Assembly (NCBI GenBank): GCA_947629245.1
Contig: CANRDC010000001.1
Coordinates: 93,667-157,666 of the forward strand
Reading direction: 5' to 3'
Source: an uncultured Oscillospiraceae bacterium
GTDB lineage: Bacteria > Bacillota > Clostridia > Oscillospirales > Oscillospiraceae
DNA: 64,000 bases
Translations under genes and position numbers: made by a program
Notes under the pieces: model-generated
What the model was told of the DNA's origin: nothing
The model's input: the letters and a program-made list of their open reading frames with translations, nothing else
Database searches by the model: none
Part shown: positions 1-6,843 of the stretch, one piece after another
How positions within the stretch are numbered: the first letter of the stretch is position 1
How the letters are laid out: every line of letters starts with the position of its first letter

Positions 1-28
1 CGGGAGCAGTAGCCGGCGCCCGGAACTT

Positions 29-328
29 GGGTGGCGTTTTCCGTTATCTCTTTTTACGCCACCCATCTTTATAATACTGGACTTCTAAATAAGCACATCT
101 GTTTATGGTGTGTTTCTTTAGGAGCCCATAAGCTACAGCCCGCTTGTGACTCCTTTCTCATGGCGCTACCTCCGTGCCGAAGGTCCTAATCTTTTAGGGC
201 CGCCCTCATGTGGAATGGAGCCGTCCTGGACAGCGGCTCCAGTCTCCTTTGTAAGGCCCACCTTGCGTTACGCAGGGTGGGCTCTACTTTGATATGATAC
301 TTCCTGATGCCTCCGCACTTCGCGGAGG
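29..328 (+). other. Cluster of GC-rich stem-loops in the non-coding leader (29-64, 217-240, 256-282, 310-328)
   Basis: Inverted repeats read directly: GGGTGGCG/CGCCACCC, GGAGCCG/CGGCTCC, GCCCACCTTGCG/CGCAGGGTGGGC (one G-U), CCTCCGC/GCGGAGG. No plausible ORF with an RBS in 1-412. Confidence 0.5.
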
Positions 329-412
329 TTTACCTTTCCCTGTTAGGATTTTGCTCAGATTGCAACCTGAGCATTATACAGAAATATATCATAAATCCTT
401 GGAGGAATTGCA

Positions 413-1027
413 ATGACACTTTCTACACAATCAATCCTTTTTGTTCAGTATTTTGAAGGTACTGACGATTACCTCGTTCACTACGACGGCGGAACCTCCG
501 AAACCTATCATGGGTGGGACAAGGTCAAAGGCACAGATATCGGTAAGTTTATTCGCGAGTGCGAAGAAGCCGGGTGCTATCGACGCAACACCATCTATCT
601 CAACACTGGGAGAGTTGAGGGCGATAAGAAGCTCCAGGTCAAGCAGATAACTTACAGCCGGCTTTTCCGGAATGTCGAGGAGAAATCCGGAAAGAAGCCG
701 AGCATCAACTGGGTGCTATGGTGCCCTCACGAGTGTGAGTGCACTATCAACACTGGCGTTCTTGGATATCAGAAAACTGTTCATGTGAACGCCATCGAGG
801 ACGCCGGGCAGGCTGTGCTGGACTTCATCACATACTGCATAAAGAACGGCGGAACAGCACTCGTTCGCAATGTCAATTCTACCATCAGTGATGGTGGAAA
901 GAAGAAGTTGAGCTCCTACTCTGAATATTATTTCAGTATGGGCTCAAAGATAGTTTACGGTTTTAAGACCGGTGGCGCCAGCACAATCACTGAGCATGAC
1001 ATCCGCGCCATCGGCGTGATTATATAG
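413..1027 (+). CDS. Hypothetical protein with two copies of the repeated ~55-aa module (paralog family member)
   Basis: ATG preceded by GGAGG. Contains ILFVQYFEGTDDYLVHYDGG...KFIRECEEAG and INWVLWCPHECECTINTG...DFITYCIKNG. Confidence 0.65.
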   Translation: MTLSTQSILFVQYFEGTDDYLVHYDGGTSETYHGWDKVKGTDIGKFIRECEEAGCYRRNTIYLNTGRVEGDKKLQVKQITYSRLFRNVEEKSGKKPSINWVLWCPHECECTINTGVLGYQKTVHVNAIEDAGQAVLDFITYCIKNGGTALVRNVNSTISDGGKKKLSSYSEYYFSMGSKIVYGFKTGGASTITEHDIRAIGVII

Positions 1028-1041
1028 GAGGAGTCACTCAT

Positions 1042-2436
1042 ATGAATAAGATGTCACTTGGAGAGACTCTTAAGTCTCAAGAAGGAACAAGCCACACAAT
1101 TGTGGAGTCGTTTGGTCCTGATGGAAAGACTGCCATGTCTCCAGTACCGCCATCTGGAGACATTGTGCATGTAGTACGCAACAATGAGGAACAGAAATAT
1201 TATGTTTATCGTAAGAGCGGTAAGTCAAGCGGTGTAAAGTTTAATGCACTTCCTGAGGACGCGAAGCAGTATGTAAACTACTGCAACGATAAGCACTACT
1301 ATGTAGAGCACACTGTCCCGTACTGGCATATGTCTGGCCCGCAGTATAACCCTTTTGGCACTACGACTATTTTAATCTTCTCTACAGCCTATGGAGAAAA
1401 TTCAGGAAACAGCGAAGGTTCTGAGGCTCCGGCTATGAACATGGCACTCGCTGGTGCTTTGAAGGTGCAGTCCCTGGGATTCTCCAGACCTAAAGATGAA
1501 CTGCTTTGGGCATTTTGGGCACCGGAGATTAACCATCTCGTTTTGAGTACGGTACAGTATCCGGAGCCTCGCTGTTTTAGGGTTAAAAACTTAGCTCTTG
1601 AAGTGCCAGATTTATACTATGTGTTGTGGGACTGCTCAAGGTGCGGTGCACGAAGTAGGGCAGAGATATCACGAGCTAAGGCGATAATTAGCTATAGCGT
1701 GTGCCATTACAGTGCCGCCGGCAGCGATATGAGAGAACTTGTCACTACTGACAAGCAATTTACTACGTATATCTATGTTAACCATCATCGTACTACAATA
1801 AGTGAAATCCCGCTTTCAAGCCCTCCTGAAGAACTGAGTTTTGAGGAAGCGCTACATGGTATCAGCACAGTTGTAACTCCAATCTTAGTGTCTGCAGCAG
1901 ATGTGTCATCTGTAAACGACATTAAGGGTTCCTTTATGGAAATGCGTGACGAGTACGATGTGTCTCATGCCATAGATTATATAATTGTGTACAAGGATAT
2001 CGGACTTCTTGTACTAATGCGCCACTCATGTGAGTATGAAGAAGTATTCGCCGATGATGACATATCTCACTATTCAGCGTATGTGTGCAACACTATAGAG
2101 AGGTATGTTCAGTACGGGCAGGCGTACAAGATTACAGGCGCTGGAGCAAAGGTAACACCACGTGAGGGTGGACAGGAGTGTATCAAACAATGTGACTGCC
2201 TGCTCTTAACACAGGGTATACTTCCTGCAAGCCTGCGTGAAGATGATGACCCATCGGTTCCTCTGCGTAGTCTTGAGTTATTAACATCTGAGGAAGCCGC
2301 GGATTTCTTGCGTAAAGTAAATCTGAACCCTAAGTTCGTATTTGCGGGTAAGCACGAATCTGGAGATAAACTTCAGGAGCTGTTTCCGTATACTGAAAAC
2401 TCGTTCTTTGACCGAAAGCCATATTATTTGGTCTGA
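1042..2436 (+). CDS. Hypothetical protein (464 aa) with one N-terminal copy of the paralog module
   Basis: AGGAGG ~10 nt upstream of the ATG. Contains IVHVVRNNEEQKYYVYRKSG...AKQYVNYCNDKH. The rest has no recognisable motif. Confidence 0.65.
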   Translation: MNKMSLGETLKSQEGTSHTIVESFGPDGKTAMSPVPPSGDIVHVVRNNEEQKYYVYRKSGKSSGVKFNALPEDAKQYVNYCNDKHYYVEHTVPYWHMSGPQYNPFGTTTILIFSTAYGENSGNSEGSEAPAMNMALAGALKVQSLGFSRPKDELLWAFWAPEINHLVLSTVQYPEPRCFRVKNLALEVPDLYYVLWDCSRCGARSRAEISRAKAIISYSVCHYSAAGSDMRELVTTDKQFTTYIYVNHHRTTISEIPLSSPPEELSFEEALHGISTVVTPILVSAADVSSVNDIKGSFMEMRDEYDVSHAIDYIIVYKDIGLLVLMRHSCEYEEVFADDDISHYSAYVCNTIERYVQYGQAYKITGAGAKVTPREGGQECIKQCDCLLLTQGILPASLREDDDPSVPLRSLELLTSEEAADFLRKVNLNPKFVFAGKHESGDKLQELFPYTENSFFDRKPYYLV

Positions 2437-2493
2437 TGAAAGTGAGTCAACTGAGCCGCCAGTCTTACGCACTGAAACCTTTAATATTGTAAT

Positions 2494-2519
2494 ACCTACC
2501 TCCGACTTATGAGGTAGGT
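2494..2519 (+). terminator. Stem-loop after ORF 1042-2436
   Basis: ACCTACCTC-cgacttat-GAGGTAGGT inverted repeat. No clear T-tract. Confidence 0.35.
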
Positions 2520-2566
2520 GTTACCTTTGCCGTATAGACACTTATTGTTTGAAGGAGTGAAAATCT

Positions 2567-3013
2567 GTGAAGAAGTTCGACTATGCTGTAAAGCTTCCAG
2601 TACATCACACTTTCATAAGCGATAGCGGCGACTATGTTCCGATGTTCACTACGACAGAGTATGACTACGCGGTCTACATGCCTCAGCTCAATGAGCTCGT
2701 CTACCGTGAGATTAGCGGCACAGTCTCGAAGCGATACTTCACTGACAGGCCTCTGCTTGCTCCTTGTGGGCTTGGGGAGTTTCTGAAGGAATGTGCAACG
2801 ACTGGCAAAGTCCTTGGGAAGAGAGAAACTTGTGAAGTGATCTTTGATAGCGGAAAGCACTCTATCACGCTTCTCGATATCTTCTTGTTCTCAGAAGACG
2901 CATACGTTGAATACTTCAATGGCGATGCTGAAGCTGTACTCCTTGATGACAGCACAGCACACAATCTACTACAGCCGGTTCCAGCGACAACTATGAAACG
3001 TGTAATCAAATAA
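2567..3013 (+). CDS. Hypothetical protein, paralog family member
   Basis: GTG start 9 nt after GAAGGAG. Contains YDYAVYMPQLNELVYREI...GEFLKECATTG. Confidence 0.5.
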   Translation: MKKFDYAVKLPVHHTFISDSGDYVPMFTTTEYDYAVYMPQLNELVYREISGTVSKRYFTDRPLLAPCGLGEFLKECATTGKVLGKRETCEVIFDSGKHSITLLDIFLFSEDAYVEYFNGDAEAVLLDDSTAHNLLQPVPATTMKRVIK

Positions 3014-3036
3014 ACTTTGAAAGGAGAAAAGAAAGC

Positions 3037-3507
3037 ATGAGCAGCCCTGAAATTGTGGGAATGAATTTGCAGGGCACGACTTCTAAAGTCGTGCAATTTG
3101 CAAACAGCTGGCACACAGTCAGCGACAGGAAGAAGAGGTTGAAGCGTGCAGACCTGTTTGACGACAGGTATCTGTATGTGACATATACACCGCTCGTCGG
3201 GCAGCTTTCGTGGCTGACAGTCGATGACGAAGAGGAAGTTTTCATCGACGTCGACAATCGCGACCAGATACCCAATGATATCGCCGAGTATATGGAAGCC
3301 TGCCTGGTGGACGGCGTTGTGATGAAGCATGACGAGTCGAGACTCTCCAGTATTGTTCGTACCTCTGACCCCGACATGCTTTACGACTATCTGTTCTCCC
3401 ACGACAGTGCGGAAGGGCTTTCGTTCCCTGACGAACAGACTACATTCGCCAGTAAGGAGACAGCCAGCAAAATTGTCACCATGTTCAAGAAGCGACACTT
3501 GAGGTGA
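3037..3507 (+). CDS. Hypothetical protein, paralog family member
   Basis: AAGGAG RBS. Contains YLYVTYTPLVGQLSWLTVDD...IAEYMEACLVDG. Confidence 0.6.
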   Translation: MSSPEIVGMNLQGTTSKVVQFANSWHTVSDRKKRLKRADLFDDRYLYVTYTPLVGQLSWLTVDDEEEVFIDVDNRDQIPNDIAEYMEACLVDGVVMKHDESRLSSIVRTSDPDMLYDYLFSHDSAEGLSFPDEQTTFASKETASKIVTMFKKRHLR

Positions 3508-3512
3508 TTTCT

Positions 3513-4211
3513 ATGAGTCGGATTGTAATGATAGAGTTCTTTCCGGAGTACGACGGATATATTGTCTTCCGCTCAGACGCCACGTTGGAGAAGCTTACTC
3601 CGGATAAGCTTACGAACGAGATGCGAGAGTATATGAGAACCTGTACCTCTCGTGGTGCCTACATCATGCAGAAGGTTCCTTATCATGACCCGACTTTCCG
3701 GTATGATGGTGAGACAGCTATGACCATCTATCTCGATACTATCCGTGAGGACGAGTACGTGGGCCACGACGGCGTTCAGAAGATGTCACTTGGTGAAACG
3801 AAGTCGAGCACCACCTCGACTGAGAAACGCAGGGAGCAAGCTGGGATACGCAAGGCGCGCGATAGTGGAGAGATGTTCGCCTATGTGGTTTACAACCCTT
3901 ACTTCGGGCACATCACCTATATGCGCACTGATGGGAGGAAGAAGGAAATCGAAGCCACTGACGGTGTACCTTCAGCCCTGGTTCCATACATGCACGGCTG
4001 CGCCGAAAATGGTCTGATAATGTGCCATGTGTCTCGTGGTCCTGCTGATGGAGATGGCTCAGCTGTCAGCAGCGATAGCTGCGATTATCTCTTCTCTAAA
4101 GGTTGTATTCCCGCAGAGTTTTATGATGGCGAGGCTCCATATAAAGTCGAGTGGGAGATAGCTAATAAGGCTATCGTCAACCTCCAAATGAGGAAGAGCG
4201 GTAACTACTAA
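3513..4211 (+). CDS. Hypothetical protein with two copies of the paralog module
   Basis: The ORF is open from 3504 (GTG). ATG 3513 sits 8 nt after GAGG. Contains IVMIEFFPEYDGYIVFRSD...REYMRTCTSRG and FAYVVYNPYFGHITYMRTDG...VPYMHGCAENG. Confidence 0.6.
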   Translation: MSRIVMIEFFPEYDGYIVFRSDATLEKLTPDKLTNEMREYMRTCTSRGAYIMQKVPYHDPTFRYDGETAMTIYLDTIREDEYVGHDGVQKMSLGETKSSTTSTEKRREQAGIRKARDSGEMFAYVVYNPYFGHITYMRTDGRKKEIEATDGVPSALVPYMHGCAENGLIMCHVSRGPADGDGSAVSSDSCDYLFSKGCIPAEFYDGEAPYKVEWEIANKAIVNLQMRKSGNY

Positions 4212-4239
4212 AAATTAAAGAAAGGATTGGTGCTTTGTA

Positions 4240-5253
4240 ATGGGCAGAGTAGGTGGCGGTTCATCTGGTGGTGGTCATTCTTCTGGCGGTGGTCACTCCT
4301 TTGGAAGCAGGTCTTCTGGGGGTCATTACGCCAGTCATTCAAGCGGAAGTTCGCATCGTGTGACAGGCTACTCGCACAGCAGTAGCCCTACTTATTCTCG
4401 CGGAGGCAGTTATGACTTTTACAGCTATCGCAGTCCTCGGCGATATTATGGCAACACCTATGTCTACGACTCTCGGCCTGGGTGCTTAACCTCAATCGCC
4501 GGTACAGCAGTGGTCGTTGTAATCTTCGTTGCTGTCGCCATTGCTATTATTGTTGCCTCTATTGCGAGGGGTGGCAATAGTAATGTTCCAGCAAGCACGG
4601 TCAACCGGGAGAAGTTGAACGATGGCAACGCCTATATCAACGACTGTATTATCGACGAGCTCGGCTGGTTTGATAATGTCTCTAAAGTCGAGCACACCTT
4701 GCGTGACAACTTCTGGGAAAAGACCGGTGTCCAGCCCTTCATCTACTTGAGGGACTATGACCCCAGTCTCTACAGTGAGAGTCAGAAACAGGATTGGGCT
4801 GAGAACTATTACGACACACATTTCAAGAATGAGAACATCTTCTTGTTTGTGTACTTCGCCGAGAGAGACACTGATAACGATGTTGGCTACATGTGCTATG
4901 TTAATGGCTATGGTGCATCAACTGTTATGGACTCTGAAGCTGTCGACATCTTCTGGACTTATATTGATAACTACTGGTACAGCGATTTGTCGACAGATAG
5001 CGTGTTCATCAACGTGTTTGATAAGACAGCTGACAGGATAATGCAGAAGACCACAACTAAGACCGACGTGTTCATGTGGATTGCTATCGCCGCGGTTATT
5101 GGCGTCGCCGGGTTTGTGATTATCAAAATCATGAAAACGAAGAGACAGCATGACGCCGAGAAAGCCGCAGAGACGGTCCGTATTCTGAACACACCGCTTG
5201 ACCAAACCTCTGATGAAGAGGAAGCGGAAGACCTGGCGGATAAGTGGAGTTAA
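4240..5253 (+). CDS. Membrane protein with a Gly/Ser/His-rich N-terminus, two TM helices and a TPM-like (TLP18.3/Psb32/MOLO-1-type) domain
   Basis: GGGSSGGGHSSGGGHSFGS low-complexity head. TM helices AGTAVVVVIFVAVAIAIIVASI and VFMWIAIAAVIGVAGFVIIKI. The region between them (IIDELGWFDNVSKVEHTLRDNFWEKTGVQPFIYLRDYD...IFLFVYFAERDTDNDVGYMCYVNGYG) follows the TPM domain pattern. Confidence 0.5.
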   Translation: MGRVGGGSSGGGHSSGGGHSFGSRSSGGHYASHSSGSSHRVTGYSHSSSPTYSRGGSYDFYSYRSPRRYYGNTYVYDSRPGCLTSIAGTAVVVVIFVAVAIAIIVASIARGGNSNVPASTVNREKLNDGNAYINDCIIDELGWFDNVSKVEHTLRDNFWEKTGVQPFIYLRDYDPSLYSESQKQDWAENYYDTHFKNENIFLFVYFAERDTDNDVGYMCYVNGYGASTVMDSEAVDIFWTYIDNYWYSDLSTDSVFINVFDKTADRIMQKTTTKTDVFMWIAIAAVIGVAGFVIIKIMKTKRQHDAEKAAETVRILNTPLDQTSDEEEAEDLADKWS

Positions 5254-5308
5254 AGCTGTAAGGCTCTAAGCCACATTTACATACAAATTATTTAAGGAGG
5301 AAACATCA

Positions 5309-5995
5309 ATGGCATCTATTCTTTCACGTTTCAAGGACATCATGTCTGCTAATGTGAACGCATGGCTCGACGGCAAGGAGGACCCGGAGAAGATGATTGA
5401 CCAGAGCCTTCGCAATCTCCGCGAGCAGCTGGCCGAGGTCAAGGAGCAGACCGCCGGCGTTATCGCTAATCAGAAGCGGGACGCCAGGGCTCTCAGTGAC
5501 GCCGAGGCGGAGGTCGCCAAGCTGAACACGGCCGCCAGAAATGCTGTGGCTGCCGGCGCCGATGACGACGCCAGGAAGTTGCTCCAGCGTAAAGCTGACA
5601 TCGAGGGCAATCTGCCCAACCTGCGGGTGAACGCTGACGCCAGCAAGAAGAACGCCGAGCAGATGCGCCAGATGTACGAGAAGCTCAGCTCCGACATTCA
5701 GACGCTGGAGACCCGGCGCAACACCGTGAAGGCCACCATGGCCAACGCTAAGGCGCAGGAAGCTGTCAACCGCGCTGTGAGTAATACGAAGGACTCCGGC
5801 AGTATCGAGGCCTTCGAGAAGTTCGAGCAGAAAGCGCAGGAGATGCTCGACAGGGCGCAGGCCGAGTCTGAGCTCGGCGGTATGCCTGGACTGAGCGACG
5901 TTGCCGTCCTCACTTCCAAGTGGTCCGGCACTGGTGCTACTGATAGCGCCGTGGAGGACGAGCTTGCTAAGCTCAAGGCTGAGCTCGGTAAGTAA
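5309..5995 (+). CDS. pspA: PspA/IM30/Vipp1 family (phage shock protein A-like, ESCRT-III fold) protein
   Basis: The N-terminus MASILSRFKDIMSANVNAWLDGKEDPEKMIDQSLRNLREQLAEVK aligns by eye to E. coli PspA [43 protein letters not shown]. All-helical coiled coil, with C-terminal ...DELAKLKAELGK like PspA ...EQLAQLKAKM. AAGGAGG RBS. Confidence 0.88.
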   Translation: MASILSRFKDIMSANVNAWLDGKEDPEKMIDQSLRNLREQLAEVKEQTAGVIANQKRDARALSDAEAEVAKLNTAARNAVAAGADDDARKLLQRKADIEGNLPNLRVNADASKKNAEQMRQMYEKLSSDIQTLETRRNTVKATMANAKAQEAVNRAVSNTKDSGSIEAFEKFEQKAQEMLDRAQAESELGGMPGLSDVAVLTSKWSGTGATDSAVEDELAKLKAELGK

Positions 5996-6016
5996 ACATC
6001 AGACTTCAAAATAAAA

Positions 6017-6046
6017 GGCACGAGGTAGATACTTCTACCTCGTGCC
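6017..6046 (+). terminator. Strong hairpin downstream of pspA
   Basis: GGCACGAGGTAGA-tact-TCTACCTCGTGCC, a perfect 13-bp stem 22 nt after the stop. No T-run follows. Confidence 0.5.
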
Positions 6047-6101
6047 ACGTTTGACCCTGTGAAGTTTCGCAGTAATCTAACTGAAGGAGAGAAACCAGAC
6101 T

Positions 6102-6770
6102 ATGAGTGAAATCGCCATGGTTCAGCGCTTTCCTGGGACCGAGAGTTACAATGTATTCTATATAGGTGGAGACTCGAAGCTCAACCTGCATGTCGATGAT
6201 GTTACAAATAATGACATAGGAGAATACATCGCGCAGTGTGAGGCTTCTGGTAACTTCCGCCAGCAGATGATAACGGTACCTAACCGTATGCTGACTGCTG
6301 GTGAGGACACTGTTCGCCAGGTTATCTACATGAAGGCGTTGCAGGTAGAAGCGCCACACGCGACGCAAGGTCAGGTGGCTAATGACGCCAGGCTTCCTGC
6401 TTCCGAAGAACAATCCTCTGAAGAGATAGCCGCCATGTACCGCTATATCAAGTGGATACCTGAGACCAACGAGATAATCACAGTGAGGCGACAGGCTTTG
6501 TTCCCGAAGACGCTGTGCACCGAGGACCCGCGAACCGCACCTAATCATATCTATGACTACATGATGTTCTGCATAGAGCATGGCGTCGTGAAGTCGAGAA
6601 CCTACACTCGCCCTGTGACTCATAATGGTATAACCAGAATGAAACATGTGTGCGAAGTGCTGTTTACACAGAACTTCGTGCCGTCTGAGTTTGTCAAGGA
6701 TTATACCGCACAGGACATGGGAAAGCAGACTGCATACAATTTGTTTAAGAGGAAAGCCACTGAGGAATAA
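6102..6770 (+). CDS. Hypothetical protein with two copies of the paralog module
   Basis: GAAGGAG RBS. Contains IAMVQRFPGTESYNVFYIGG...IGEYIAQCEASG and YRYIKWIPETNEIITVRR...IYDYMMFCIEHG. Confidence 0.62.
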   Translation: MSEIAMVQRFPGTESYNVFYIGGDSKLNLHVDDVTNNDIGEYIAQCEASGNFRQQMITVPNRMLTAGEDTVRQVIYMKALQVEAPHATQGQVANDARLPASEEQSSEEIAAMYRYIKWIPETNEIITVRRQALFPKTLCTEDPRTAPNHIYDYMMFCIEHGVVKSRTYTRPVTHNGITRMKHVCEVLFTQNFVPSEFVKDYTAQDMGKQTAYNLFKRKATEE

Positions 6771-6843
6771 TACGCTATGCGATTGAGGAAGGGCTGACCT
6801 CTAAGAAAGTCGCAGGCGTTAATAATAAAATGGAGGTATAACA

